DNA of 64,000 nt from Eledone cirrhosa (Eukaryota), in NCBI GenBank assembly GCA_964016885.1, contig OZ024752.1, positions 6,262,001 through 6,326,000 of the forward strand. The letters run 5' to 3'. Every line of letters starts with the position of its first letter. Position 1 is the first letter of the stretch. The notes below the pieces were generated by a model. The model was not told the DNA's origin. It did no database searches and saw only the letters and a list, made by a program, of their open reading frames with translations. Below are positions 14,414-28,075 of this stretch, in pieces. The position numbers were made by a program, and so were the translations under genes.

Positions 14414-14417
<4 letters not shown>

Positions 14418-14507
14418 GGCTTCTACAGGACTAGACCTGTTTCATTCGAAGGAAATCATCAGGAAAAGCCTTCGAATGAAACAGTTCTAGTCCTGTAGAA
14501 GCCATTT
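14414..14507. repeat. Fold-back with 39-bp arms carrying a hammerhead-like core on the minus strand
   Basis: Arms 14414-14452 and 14469-14507 differ at one base. The minus strand reads CTGATGA-TTTCCTTCGAAT-GAAAC-AGGTCTA-GTC; the 5' strand of stem I is missing. Confidence 0.7.
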
Positions 14508-16188
14508 CTATATTAAATATTTATACTCTGCTATGTATTGAGTACCTTATGTACTCTGGTTACCCCCGATTGATCCCGACACACACACACACACACACAC
14601 ACACAAAGGAGTTTGCAATCATTTAGTCCTAAGTTTGAAACTAAAGTATGGTGTGTAGTCTGAGATTGACCCAACTTTTTGAAAGATTGGCAGACTTTGG
14701 AAGCTTATTGGATGGACTGTAGGTGTAATTTAAAGGTCCAGATTTGTCACACATTCTCATGCTGAATCTACCTGACAAGTACATTAAAACTACATGTGAA
14801 GCCACATGGTGAGGAATGTGGACTTAGGGTTATAATGCCATCAGTTCAATTCCTGTACAGGCTGCTGTGTTGTGTTCTCGAGCAAAACACTTTATTTCAC
14901 ATTGTTCCAGTAGACTCAGCTGAGAGTGTGTACCAACTGTAACTGGGGAGTTAATTTTGTGATAGGCCAGCATCCCGTCCAGGGAGTCTTGTACTCTGTC
15001 ACTTAATGGCAAGGAAACTGGGAACAAGCATTGCCCTGATAAGCTTTGAAGGGCTAAGCCAGTTGTACATTAATTGATGAGCAGGTTGTACCATTGAACT
15101 AGAATACTCATCAACCAACAGAAGTCCATCCTATTCCTGTGTGGAAATACTCTGAGTTGACAATTTTATGTAAATCTTTTCTGTGTATTTCTGCCTAAGT
15201 GAAAATTTAATACAATTATGGAATTCTTTACCTGACTATTCAACACCTGAAATGGTCAACATGTCAAATACGATATTGGATTTTTTTAAATTTAGTAAGG
15301 AGATTTTGGGACAGTATTGATGTCATAATCTCGGGGTTAGGGAGTTAGTCCCACTGTGTGGTAGCTTGGACAAGTGTCTTCTACGAAAACTATAGGCTGA
15401 CCAATACCTTCAGAGTGAAATTTGATAGATGGAAGTTGCAGAAGTCCATCATGTAAGTATGTATGAGTGATTGTGTCTGTGTCAGCATCTGTGTTTGTTT
15501 TTATGTCTTATGAATTAGTGGTTCTTCAGAAAAAGATCAATAAAATCAATAACTTGAAACATATATGTACTGGGATCAATATGATTGGATAAATTTCTTT
15601 AAAGCAGTGCCTCAACATGGCCACAATCTGACTGAAATGAATACAAGAATAAAAGATTACATATTTACTCATAGTTATTATATTTGAAGCATGTCTCCTG
15701 AAATTCTAAGACAAAGCTACACATTTTAGAACTCTCAGATGCAGAGATATTTCCCCCCCCCCCCAAAAAAAAAATGTTTTCAAATATGTATTTTGTAATG
15801 TGGTATAACTGTGAGTTCTTTAAAACCAACCAGACTGTTTTGTTTAGGGATCTTTCCACCCTACACAGCTTAATAAATAAACCTTAATTATATATGAGAC
15901 CTTATTTTTCAGAAAATATAACGAGACCTTATTTTGATGGCAAGGTTTAGATGAAAAAAATTTATATTCAGCTCTGCTCTTGTATATTATTATTGTTATA
16001 TTGTTATATACAACTCTTCAGGGTATAAAGTGATGGCAGATTTTCACATGAAATTTTACAGTAAAGAAAAAATATATCATATATACCAGAAAATACAATG
16101 TATGTAGATAGGTACAGATTTATAATATGAGAGCGAGAGAGACACACACATATATATATATGTGTATGTGTGTTTTTATATATGTTTT

Positions 16189-16219
<31 letters not shown>

Positions 16220-16254
16220 ACATATATATCCTGATTCATGCCTGTAACATAAAT

Positions 16255-16407
16255 TATACTACCTTGGGTTTCAAGGCAGAGGTGTGGCAGCCTTTGCTGA
16301 CTGTAAATGATGGTACAGAATGCATGAGGCAGAGCTGTAATCCATAGGCTATCTTGTACAGTCAGCAGATGCTGACATGCCTATGACTTGAAACCTAAGG
16401 TACTGTA
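16255..16407. mobile_element. ~150-bp fold-back/MITE
   Basis: TACCTTGGGTTTCAAG...GCTGACTGTA pairs with TACAGTCAGC...CTTGAAACCTAAGGTA; ends in CTGTA. Confidence 0.65.
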
Positions 16408-17305
16408 ATACATATGTGTATGAATCATAAATTAGCTCTTTTTTTTTTTTATATAGTGCTCTTCTCCTGTTTGTTTCCTACGGACCTTGCACACATTTGT
16501 TAGGTAAATGGATAGGTACAAATTTATACTGAGGTAAAGAATATATATATATGTATGTGTGCATGTATATATTTATATATATATATATATTTTTTTATAT
16601 ATGTATTTATATGTATTTATATATGTGTGTATATATATGTATATATGCACACATACACACATGTTGGGTGTTTGTATATGTTGTTTACATACCTTCAGTG
16701 TATAGAATACAAGCAGATTTTAACATGAAATTTTGGATGTAAAAAAAAAAAAAAAAAAAAAAATCCCTCCATTTTATAGAGCAGAAGATCTGGTTGGTAA
16801 AACTCAATGAAAGTGTTTATGATAAACTAAAATGTGATATATTTGGTTTAAAATGTCTCCACAACTGTCCGATTATCATGAACAATCAAGTGATGTTGTC
16901 TGACATTAGCCTTCCTTTTATTTCCTTCCATAAACAATCGGCTTGAGGAACACTTCTACCATCATTACGACAATGCACCCCTATTTGTATTTTCATAGTA
17001 AATTCTCCTGTGAAACACATACATACTTGCTTCTTTTTGTTCATTTATTCCTTAAATAAAACTTAGGTTTCTGTGCTTTTTTGAAAGCATTTCTATTTTT
17101 TACTACCTGTAAGGAGATATTTTTAAACACACACATGAGCGTGTATATATATATATATATAATCATTTAACATGTTTTCCCTGTTAACAAGGATGGTAAG
17201 GATCATCACAGACCAAGTCACTGGATCCATCAGGTCTCTGTGGAGACGGCAAACCCCCCCCCCCCATCCTATGGAATTACCCTCTTCCCATTCAAAGGAG
17301 GTAGA

Positions 17306-17642
17306 TCATCATCATCATCATTTCATAATACGTCCGCTTTTCCATGCTTGCAAGGGTGGGACGGGAACTGATTCTGGCTTGATTTCTACAGCTGGATGCT
17401 CTTCCTAACACCAACCTCATTTACAGTGAGTGCTGGGTGCTTTTTTGCCGTGGCACCTCCACGACCACTTTGCAGTGGAATGATAGGGACCCCAGTCCTA
17501 TCATCTCATTTCTACTGCTGAGTAAACTGGAGCAAAGTGAAATAAAGTGTCTTGCTCATCAACACATCACCCGGTCTGAGAATTGAACTCACAACCTTTC
17601 GATTGCAAGGCCAATGCTCTAACCACTAAGCCATGTGCCTCC
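17306..17642 (-). mobile_element. SINE family A (tRNA head, core, RTE-derived tail), reverse
   Basis: Closely similar to 43212-43532 and to the reverse complement of 41392-41740. Confidence 0.88.
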
Positions 17643-17695
17643 ATATATATATATATATATATATATACACACGCACATGCACACACACACACACA

Positions 17696-18579
17696 CAGGG
17701 TGTGGACGATATTTGTTCGCAATTTTCAGCTGCTAATTTTATGCAAATTTTGTTTACTTCCGTTGTCACTCTTGTCTTCATAAAAACAGTGACTATATTT
17801 CCATTATTTATTTTCAGAATAATTGATTATGAATAATTTTGAACCTCCAAATTTGTAAAAGAGACACGGAGTTCTTCTTGGAATCCACGCCGGGAGGACA
17901 AATAAGGACCAGAAGATTATCTCCAAGAACAACAGGTGGCTCGCTGTCTCATCCAAAGACGTGCCCAGAGTCATGCAGATAAAGTTTCCAGCGACAACAT
18001 TGGTCTTGGGTGTCGTCAGCAGTCAAGGTGATGTCATGCCACCTCACTTCTTCCCTGAGGGCCTCAAGCTGAACACCGATGGCTACATCCGCATTCTGAG
18101 CGAGGTAGTAAAGCCCTGGATCGACCAGGTAGCTGCAGGTAGGCCGTACGTGTGGCAGCAAGACTCATCGCCCTGCCATACCAGCCGAAAGACCGAAGCC
18201 TGGTTGTCAGAGAACTTCGTCTACCACACTTCACCTGACATCTGGCCTCCCAGCTCGCCTGACTGCAACCCCCTCGACTTCTTTGTGTGGGGCGCAGTGG
18301 AACGAGACAACAACAGATCTAGCTGCAATACGAAAGATGATCTGAAGGCCAGATGACCGCAAGTCCCTTTAGAGGCCTAAGTTGGGGGACAGTGACGAAG
18401 GCCTGTAGCCGGTTCCGAGGATGTCATCAAAGTTAATGGCGGGTTTATCGAGTGAGATCGAAAGAACAAGTCATGAAGACAAACTGACCCAAGTTTGATA
18501 AATATATCTTAAAAAATAAAACTACTGTGTTATTTTTTCCAAGACAGTAATCTTGCGAACAAATATCGTCCACACCCTG
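17696..18579 (+). mobile_element. Internally deleted Tc1/mariner-superfamily transposon, DD37D (maT) type
   Basis: Perfect 27-bp TIRs CAGGGTGTGGACGATATTTGTTCGCAA with TA at the right end. ORF 17961-18356 contains WQQDSSPCH...WPPSSPDCNPLDFFVWG with 37 residues between the second and third catalytic Asp. Confidence 0.92.
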
Positions 18580-18608
18580 TATATATCTCATATTTATATA
18601 TATAAAGA

Positions 18609-18675
18609 TATTTCACCTGATGAACGAAATTCTGTTAGAATCGTCTAACTTCGCGAAACCTTGGGTAATGGAATA
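18609..18675 (+). ncRNA. Type I hammerhead ribozyme-like motif
   Basis: CTGATGA (18617), stem II CGAA..TTAGA-ATCG-TCTAA..TTCG, GAA, stem III ACC-TTG-GGT, triplet GUA, stem I TATTTCA(C)/(A)TGGAATA. Confidence 0.6.
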
Positions 18676-18725
18676 ATTATATTGTGTTTTTTATTACATA
18701 ATTAAATATACATATATATATATAT

Positions 18726-21440
18726 AAACCCGACAACCACCTGATCAGGGGAGCATTCTAGTCAGATAGATTTTATCCTCATCAGAGGACGTGACAGATG
18801 GATGGTCGTAAACACAAAAGCCTTCCCTAGTGAGGAATGTACATCCCAACATAGCTTAGTTGTCAGCGACCTCACAATCAGAACTAGACGAACCTGGAAA
18901 CAGAGGCCAACCTGGAGAAGAAAGATCTGGAAGCTGAAAGACCCCTCAGCCAGTAACAGATTTAAAGATATTTTACTCAACGCCTACGACAGTAAAGAAG
19001 AACAGATACAGACATTCAATGTAGAAGAGCACTGGGAGTTCCTAAAAAATAACTTACTAGAGGCGACGGATGGGGTCTGTGGCTGGAGTAAGACCACAAG
19101 CAGGAGGAGAGTGACTTGGTGGTGGAACAATAAGGTAGATGAGGCAGTTAAGGCCAAGAGACAGGCATGGAAAGAATGGAAGAACGGGGGGAGCAGGGTA
19201 CATTATATAGAGACCAAGAGGGAAGCAGAGGATAGAAAATTAAAGCATGTTTTGCAACGCGAGGACCAGAAACAGGAGGTGTTCAAGATTGCGAGGCAGT
19301 GTGTCAGAGAGAATTGTGATGTCATTGGAGAGAAGTGTATCCGGAATGATAAAGGTGAGCTTGCCCTCACAAGTGCTGAGAAGAAAGATGCATGGAAGAG
19401 TCATTATGATAGATTACTAAATGAGGAGAATGCATGGGAAGAAGAGACCCTACCCCAAGTAGACCCTATGGAAGGGCCAGCAGTACAAGTCAGCAGCAGC
19501 ATAGTAAGTAAGGCAATCAAAGATATGAAGATGGGGAAGGCAACCGGTCCATCGGGTATAGCTGGCGAGATGCTGAAGGCATCTGGGTCTGTAGGTCACA
19601 CTATAACCACACGTATTGTTAACCAAGTAGTACTAGAAGGTGTCATACCAAAAGATTGGTGCAGTAGCATCATTGTCAACTGCTACAAAGGTAAAGGCGA
19701 TGCACTAGATAGAGGAAACTATAGAGGTATAAAGCTGATGGACCAGGTCATGAAAGTAACAGAAAGAGTTATAGCACAGTTGATTAGGGGACCGGGTGAA
19801 ACTAGACGAGATGCAATTTGGGTTTGTACCAGGAAGAGGCACCACTGATGCCCTCTTCCTTGTGAGGCAGTTACAGGAAAAGTACCTAGCTAAAAGTAAG
19901 CCACTCTACCTGGCATTCGTCGATCTTGAGAAAGCCTTTGGCAGAGTTCCACGTGCTGTAATCTGGTGGGCTCTTAGAAAACTAGGAGTAGATGAATGGC
20001 TTGTGAAAGCGGTACAAGCCATGTATAGGGGAGCAGTCAGCAAAGTTAGGATTAGCAATGAGTATAGCGAGGAATTTAGCGTAGAGGTTGGGGTCCACCA
20101 GGGCTCTGTTCTTAGCCCCCCCCCCCCCTGTTCATCATAGTCCTGCAGGCAATAACGGAGGAGTTTAAGACCGGATGCCCATGGGAACTCCTGTATTCCT
20201 GTATGCTGATGACCTCGCACTTGTAGCTGAATCTATGGTAGAACTAGAGAAGAAATTCCAAACTTGGAAGCAGGGACTAGAAAGAAAGGGTCTCAAAGTC
20301 AACATGACAAAGACTAACGTCCTTGTAAGTAGACGAGAAGACAGAACCCAGATCCCCTCAGGGAAATGGCCTTGCTCAGTAGGTAGGAACTCCATTCTCT
20401 ACCCCAAATGCAAACAATGGGTACACAAGAGATGTAGCGGGATCTCAGGAGGCTTAATTAAGAATGTAGGATTCACATGCAGCAGCAAGCAGCAAACAGC
20501 CACAGGAAACAAGTACCACCAATCTCTGGGCGGGCTCTGTAGAAACAATAGACAGCTTCTGCTACCTAGGTGACCGAATTAGCAGCGGAGGTGGGTGTTC
20601 AGAAAGTACAATAACTAGGGTAAGAACGGGATGGAAGAAGTTTAGGGAACTACTACCACTGCTAGCTGCAAAAGGCTTCTCCCTCAAAATGAAAGGCAGA
20701 CTGTATGATGCGTGTATCCGAACAGCGATGTTGCATGGTAGTGAGACCTGGGCGCTGAAGGTGGAAGACTTGCGTAGATTAGAGAGAAACGAAGCCTGCA
20801 TGCTCCGATGGATGTGTAACAGTAATATACGCGAACGATAAAGCATAAATGAATTGAGAGAGAGACTGAGCATAAGAGGAATCAAATGCTGTGTGCAGGA
20901 GAGGCGGTTGTGTTGGTATGGACATGTGATGCGTATGAAGGATGACAGCTGCATAAAAAGGTGCAGAGCACTAGAAGTCGATGGAAACCGCGGAGTGGGG
21001 AGACCCAAGATGACCTGGGATGAGGTGATAAAAGCCGACCTTACCCAATTACACCTCTCAAAGGCGATGACACACGACCATGACCACTGGCGTCACGCAG
21101 TAATACAGAGTACCCGACCTCCCATGGGTACAAGCTGAAGCATATAGACAATATGCCCCCACACCCTCCACTGCAAGGTGGTCGTGGAGGTGCCACGGCA
21201 AAAAAGCCCACACTGTAAAGTGGATGTGTAGGCGCCACGAGAAAGCGCCCAGCACTCACTGTAAATGAGGTTGGTGTTAGGAAGGGCATCCAGCTGTAGA
21301 AATCAAGCCAGAATCAGTTCCTGTATGAGCAAGGCATGGTCAGCCGACCAGACACTGCCCACAACAGGAAAACCCGTCTAACCCATGCTAGCGTGGAAGA
21401 ACGGACGTAAAACGGTGATGATGAGGATGATGATGATGAT
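18726..21440 (+). mobile_element. 5'-truncated RTE-clade LINE (end of endonuclease, reverse transcriptase, 3' UTR, (GAT)n tail), frameshifted
   Basis: Motifs TWWWN, GKATGPSGI, KGKGDALDRGNYRGIKL, QFGFVPGRGTTDA, AFVDLEKAF, GVHQGSVLSP, LYADDL and RLCWYGHVMRM...GRPKMTW across the ORFs in 18802-21138. Confidence 0.96.
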
Positions 21441-21511
21441 ATGTATTGAAGTTTTCGTTGAAAAAGTCATAGGAGCGAAGAATGCTCTATGTAAGTACCA
21501 GAGCTAAATTT

Positions 21512-21868
21512 AATGTATAATAAACAATACAATATAATTACCTCATTCCCAGAGGTTTTCCGAATAAGAGGGTATGTGTATAAATGTGTGTATATTCACT
21601 CACATATGTACATCTGTGAGTGAATATACACACATTTATACACATACCCTAACTATATTTCCTTATTTTATTTTTATATATCTCTTGCATTACTTTTATT
21701 TATATATTTTTTGCCCGTTAAAATTTTGCCTTTCTTGAGATTTTTCAAATATTTCACTATCTTTTAAATTGCCTTGTCTGACGAATGAATGAGGACGTTT
21801 CTTGTATTCGTCTTATTCGGGAAACCTCTGGGAATGAGGTAATTATATTGTATTGTTTATTATACATT
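21512..21868. mobile_element. Fold-back element: inverted 57-bp ends, internal hairpin (21570-21649) and a hammerhead-like motif (21769-21842)
   Basis: 21512-21569 is the reverse complement of 21811-21868. CTGACGA...GAAAC with stem I TTGCCTTGT/ATGAGGTAA, but GGA in place of the GUH triplet. Confidence 0.65.
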
Positions 21869-23364
21869 ATATATATGTATATATAAATTAAAAGATATAT
21901 ATATAGTAGACAACACCTTCCTCAACTCCATGCACCTCCCTGTGCGGTAACAACCCCTCCCCTATTACCTATGTCTGCAATTTCCTCAAACTTCCTGCCC
22001 CCTCCCTAGTTCCAAGACATAAGAACCCAGTCCCCACTGTAAAGTGGTCGTGTAAAAGACGGCTAAAAGAACCCAGTCCCCACTGTAAAGTGGTCGTGTA
22101 AAAGACACGGCTAAAAGAACCCAGCACACACTGTAAAGACATGACAACCTTTCTAGTGCTGGTCCACTCTGGAGAATGACAGTGCAGAAAGATATGTAAA
22201 CATGATGTGGGTCATGATCTGAGAGGTCAGTAGTTCTGATTCAGTACTGATTTGGTCTGTGGCAACCAGTTCAACCCTGTCTACTGGGGAGAATGGACAT
22301 GAACTGATGATATATAGACATATATATATACATACACTGTAGGAAGACATTGTTTAAGTGGTGTGTCTATAGAACTTGGGAGTGATGATGAAACTCCTCC
22401 TCTCACTGCAAGTAGTATACATAATACAGTGTTCTCACCACAAGTAGTATACATAATACAGTGTACTAGAGAGAAGCAAATGATCTCTCTTGAACACTTC
22501 CATCAATCTTACACTGAGGAAGAGAAGGGCGGATAATTAAACAAACGGTACAATGCTCCAATATACTAATGACTACTTTAAAAACTACTTAGATACTACA
22601 AACCCTTGAAACTAGGCCACTTCCTCTTAAATATATTTGACATTAAATGACAACCAACTTATACTCAATACATATTGAACATTAGTATAATGATAACTAC
22701 ATAGTATAGTCTAGAAACAAAACTGTTATATATATATAGTATATTTCAGAGCTTGTGCTTGACTATATAGCACCCTAGTCTAACCTTACAGTGTCCACTG
22801 CTTTCTCATTGTTAGAAGGCCTCCTCTTCTTTTTATTTTTCCTCAGGAAGAGTTGGGGGGGGGGGGGGGGGGCAGAGTGTTCAAACACTCACCCCAGTGG
22901 GTCCTGTCAGAAGTAACCATTTCCAATTGATTAGGCTGGATCCCCCAGTGTGACCAGTCAAGTTCAGGGATGTTATCCAACCATCTTACTAGGGTGGGGG
23001 GTCTACCCCTAGGTCACCTGCTGGCTGGTTTTGCCCGTAAAATTTGTCCAGCAATTCTTTCCTGAGACATTCTAATCACATGCCCTTAATATTGGTGCTG
23101 TGGTATCTCAGTTTGGAGAAGTAGCAGCTGTATCTGGAGCAACTCTCTAATGTCCGAGCTATGCACTCTATCAAGTAATGTTACTCCAAAGATCCTTTAG
23201 AGGAATCTCAAGTTTGGAAGGGTGAAGTACCTAGTGTTTGACACTTGTTGCATACTCTGCTACACAGTCCGATGTTGCAGGGTTTCTTACAGATATTTGA
23301 TGATACCTTCTAACAATCAGTCTCAGAGACCCTGAAAAGAGTCATTGGTGCTATCTAGTACACT

Positions 23365-24848
23365 CTGTAAAGTGTTGGTACCAAGATAAACTGTAGCAGT
23401 ACACTCTGTAACATGGCAGTACCAGTACACTGTTAAGTGGCAGTGTTGATACCAAGATAAACTGTACCAGTACACTGTTAAGTGGCAGTGTTGGTACCAA
23501 GATAAACTGTATCAGTACACTGTTAAGTGGTAGTGTTGGTACCAAGATAAACTGTACCAGTACACTGTTAAGTGGTAGTGTTGGTACCAAGATAAACTGT
23601 ATCAGTACACTGTTAAGTGGCAGTGTTGGTACCAAGATAAACTGTACCAGCACACTGTTAAGTGGCAGTGTTGGTACCAAGATAAACTGTATCAGTACAC
23701 TGTTAAGTGGTAGTGTTGGTACCAAGATAAACTGTACCAGTACACTGTTAAGTGGCAGTGTTGGTACCAAGATAAACTGTACCAGCACACTGTTAAGTGG
23801 CAGTGTTGGTACCAAGATAAACTGTACCAGTACACTGTTAAGTGGCAGTGTTGGTACCAAGATAAACTGTATCAGTACACTGTTAAGTGGCAGTGTTGGT
23901 ACCAAGATAAACTGTACCAGTACACTGTTAAGTGGCAGTGTTGGTACCAAGATAAACTGTACCAGTACACTGTTAAGTGGCAGTGTTGATACCAAGATAA
24001 ACTGTACCAGTACACTGTTAAGTGGCAGTGTTGGTACCAAGATAAACTGTACCAGTACACTGTTAAGTGGCAGTGTTGGTACCAAGATAAACTGTACCAG
24101 CACACTGTTAAGTGGCAGTGTTGGTACCAAGATAAACTGTACCAGCACACTGTTAAGTGGCAGTGTTGGTACCAAGATAAACTGTACCAGCACACTGTTA
24201 AGTGGCAGTGTTGGTACCAAGATAAACTGTACCAGCACACTGTTAAGTGGCAGTGTTGGTACCAAGATAAACTGTACCAGCACACTGTTAAGTGGCAGTG
24301 TTGGTACCAAGATAAACTGTACCAGCACACTGTTAAGTGGCAGTGTTGGTACCAAGATAAACTGTACCAGCACACTGTTAAGTGGCAGTGTTGGTACCAA
24401 GATAAACTGTACCAGCACACTGTTAAGTGGCAGTGTTGGTACCAAGATAAACTGTACCAGCACACTGTTAAGTGGCAGTGTTGGTACCAAGATAAACTGT
24501 ACCAGCACACTGTTAAGTGGCAGTGTTGGTATCAAGATAAACTGTACCAGCACACTGTTAAGTGGCAGTGTTGGTATCAAGATAAACTGTACCAGCACAC
24601 TGTTAAGTGGCAGTGTTGGTACCAAGATAAACTGTACCAGCACACTGTTAAGTGGCAGTGTTGGTACCAAGATAAACTGTACCAGCACACTGTTAAGTGG
24701 CAGTGTTGGTATCAAGATAAACTGTACCAGCACACTGTTAAGTGGCAGTGTTGGTACCAAGATAAACTGTACCAGCACACTGTTAAGTGGCAGTGTTGGT
24801 ATCAAGATAAACTGTACCAGCACACTGTTAAGTGGCAGTGTTGGTGCC
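23365..24848. repeat. 45-bp minisatellite, ~32 copies
   Basis: Unit CTGTACCAGCACACTGTTAAGTGGCAGTGTTGGTACCAAGATAAA; the reverse strand resembles the LINE/SINE-tail subrepeat. Confidence 0.95.
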
Positions 24849-25102
24849 ATGTCAAAATGCAGCCAGTCTATTCTGCCATAGTGCAGCATGGTGTAATGCA
24901 GTGCAGTGCCAGAATAAAATTTGGTGAGGTTCCAAGATGTATAAAGCTTGAACCTCCCCCCATAAAAACATTACAGAAGTTTTCTCACAGAAAGTGGAAA
25001 CATGGGTAAAGGACCTCTATTTTGGGGTAACCCTTGTTTATAATCCAGGGCTGACTGTTAAAGGAGAACTTGTCCAACCCATACAAGTATAGAAAAGTAG
25101 AT

Positions 25103-26685
25103 GATGATTGGTGGTGGTGGTAGTGTTGTTGTTGCTGGTGATGATGATGGTAGTGTTGTTGTTGCTGATAGTGCTGCTGGTGGTGGTGGTAGTGTTGTTG
25201 TTGCTGGTGATGATGATGGTAGTGTTGTTGCTGATAGTGGTGCTGGTGATGATGGTAGTGTTGTTGTTGCTGGTGATGATGATGGTGATGATGGTAGTCT
25301 TGTTGATGTTGCTGCTGCTGGTGATGGTGGTAGTCTTGTTGTTGCTGATAGTGCTGCTGATGATGGTGGTAGTGCTGCTGCTGGTGGTGATGGTGGTAGT
25401 GCTGTGCTGGTGCTGCTGGTGATGGTGGTAGTGCTGCTGCTGGTGATGGTGGTAGTGCTGCTGCTGGTGCTGGTGGTAGTGCTGCTGGTGCTGGTGGTAG
25501 TGCTGTGCTGGTGCTGCTGGTGCTGGTGGTAGTGCTGCTGGTGGTGATGGTGGTAGTGCTGCTGCTGGTGGTGGTGGTAGTGCTGCTGCTGGTGGTAGTG
25601 CTGTGCTGGTGCTGCTGGTGCTGGTGGTAGTGCTGCTGGTGGTGATGGTGGTAGTGCTGTGCTGCTGGTGGTGGTGGTAGTGCTGCTGCTGGTGGTAGTG
25701 CTGCTGCTGGTGGTAGTGCTGCTGCTGCTGTGCTGGTGGTAGTGCTGCTGCTGCTGGTGATGGTAGTAGTGCTGCTGCTGCTGGTGATGGTGGTAGTGCT
25801 GCTGCTGCTGGTGATGGTAGTAGTGCTGCTGCTGCTGGTGATGGTGGTAGTGCTGCTACTGCTGGTGATGGTGGTAGTGCTGGTGCTGGTGCTGGTGGTG
25901 ATGGTGGTAGTGCTGCTGGTGGTGCTGGTGGTAGTGCTGGTGCTGCTGATGATGGTGGTAGTGCTGCTGGTGGTGATGGTGGTAGTGGTGCTGCTGGTGG
26001 TGCTGGTGGTAGTGCTGGTGCTGCTGATGATGGTGGTAGTGCTGCTGGTGGTGATGGTGGTAGTGGTGCTGCTGGTGGTGGTGGTGGTGGTAGTGCTGCT
26101 GCTGGTGCTGCTGGTGCTGGTGGTAGTGGTGCTGCTGGTGATGGTGGTAGTGGTGCTGCTGGTGGTGGTGGTGGTGGTAGTGCTGCTGCTGGTGCTGCTG
26201 GTGCTGGTGGTAGTGGTGCTGCTGGTGATGGTGGTAGTGGTGCTGCTGGTGGTGATGGTGGTAGTGGTGCTGCTGGTGGTGGTGGTGGTGGTAGTGCTGC
26301 TGCTGGTGCTGCTGGTGCTGGTGGTAGTGGTGCTGCTGGTGATGGTGGTAGTGGTGCTGCTGGTGGTGGTGGTGGTGGTAGTGCTGCTGCTGGTGCTGCT
26401 GGTGCTGGTGGTAGTGCTGCTGCTGGTGGTGCTGGTGGTAGTGCTGCTGCTGGTGGTGCTGGTGATGGTGGTAGTGCTGGTGGTAGTGCTGCTGCTGGTG
26501 GTGGTGGTAGTGCTGCTGCTGGTGGTGCTGGTGGTAGTGCTGGTGCTGGTGGTAGTGCTGCTGCTGGTGGTGGTGGTAGTGCTGCTGCTGGTGCTGCTGG
26601 TGCTGGTGGTAGTGCTGCTGGTGGTGATGGTGGTAGTGCTGCTGCTGGTGATGGTGGTAGTGCTGCTGCTGCTGCTGCTGGTGCT
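25103..26685. repeat. Compound trinucleotide low-complexity tract (GGT/GCT/GAT/AGT)
   Basis: Seen directly; phase slips at several GCTGTGCT points. Confidence 0.9.
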
Positions 26686-26999
26686 ATGTGACAGAGTGTG
26701 ACTACAGGAGATGACCTGCTAAACTTTAAGGAGAAAATGACATCTCAAGTATTTCTTCTTTAGTAACTGAAACAAGGTCAGGGGGGGGGGGGTACTGGGG
26801 GTTTTAAAGTGCACCGAAAATGATGCACAATGTAATGTGTGTGTATATATATATATACACACACACATATATATATATATATATACACACACATATGTAT
26901 ATAGTAATAATATTAATAATAAATTAAAATAACAGATTAAAGTTTAAGCAAAGAATCACTGCTTTCACCCTTATTTTAATAAATATATATATATATACA

Positions 27000-27051
<52 letters not shown>

Positions 27052-27534
27052 TATATATAGTGTATATATATATAGTGTGTGTATATATGTATATATTGTT
27101 ATATTTTAGGGATTGTCATATTGTTATAATATTGCCAGAAATAATAATAAAACGCACTCAGTTTGGTCTATATATATATAGTCTGTATATGTATATATAT
27201 ATATAGTCTGTGTGTATATGTATATATATATATATATAGTCTGTGTGTATATGTATATATATATATATAGTCTGTGTGTATATGTATATATATATATATA
27301 TAGTCTGTGTGTATATGTATATATATATATATATATATAGTCTGTGTGTGTATATGTATATTATATATATAGTCTGTGTGTATATGTATATATATATATA
27401 TATAGTCTGTGTGTGTATATGTATATGTATATATATATATAGTCTGTGTGTGTGTGTATATGTATATATATATATATATATAGTCTGTGTGTGTGTGTAT
27501 ATGTATATATATATATAGTCTGTGTGTGTGTATG

Positions 27535-27577
<43 letters not shown>

Positions 27578-28075
27578 GCCGTCTAACCCATGCTAGCGTG
27601 GAAGAATAGACATAAAATAGTGACGATGTGTGTATATATGTATATATATTTATGTGTGTGCATGTGTATATTTATGTGTGTGTGCGTATATATATATATA
27701 CACACACACACCGATATATTTTGTATTATGATACATCCCGTTTACTTGGTATATAGTAGAAAAGACCGTCCCACCAGCATTAGTACTGTGATGCTAAATG
27801 TAGGTGTGGTGAGAGATGAGAGACTGCAGGAGTGATGAGGCCCCTTTAGCATGAAGGGGATGAGATCATCTCCAGTATTACGGTGGGGTCATTCCTGGTA
27901 CCCTTCCCCTCGTGAAGGGGTGGGTGATCAAACCAAGACATGGTGTAGAGATGACCTTCTGGATCTGTCAAGTACCTGGCAACCCCTCTAGTCCTGGTGT
28001 CATGATAAAGTGCACCCAGTACACTCTGTAATATGGTTGATGAGTGTACAGAGACAATATATATATAAGAAAGGA

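Noticed and set aside
15665-15860. Possible minus-strand exon (AG...GT, open frame)
   Set aside because: No recognisable protein, contains poly-T/poly-G runs, and has no compatible partner exons.
16800-16910. C/D box snoRNA-like motifs (GTGATGT...CTGA)
   Set aside because: The boxes are imperfect and too closely spaced, with no terminal stem or recognisable guide.
23351-24889. 512-aa minus-strand ORF
   Set aside because: Translation of a 45-bp tandem repeat related to a retroelement tail.
25101-26701. Gly/Ala/Ser-rich silk- or suckerin-like protein (GDGGSAAAG) or poly-Val/Leu ORF
   Set aside because: Codon use is limited to a few xxT triplets, the phase slips several times, and there is no signal peptide or convincing splice site; best read as a compound trinucleotide microsatellite.
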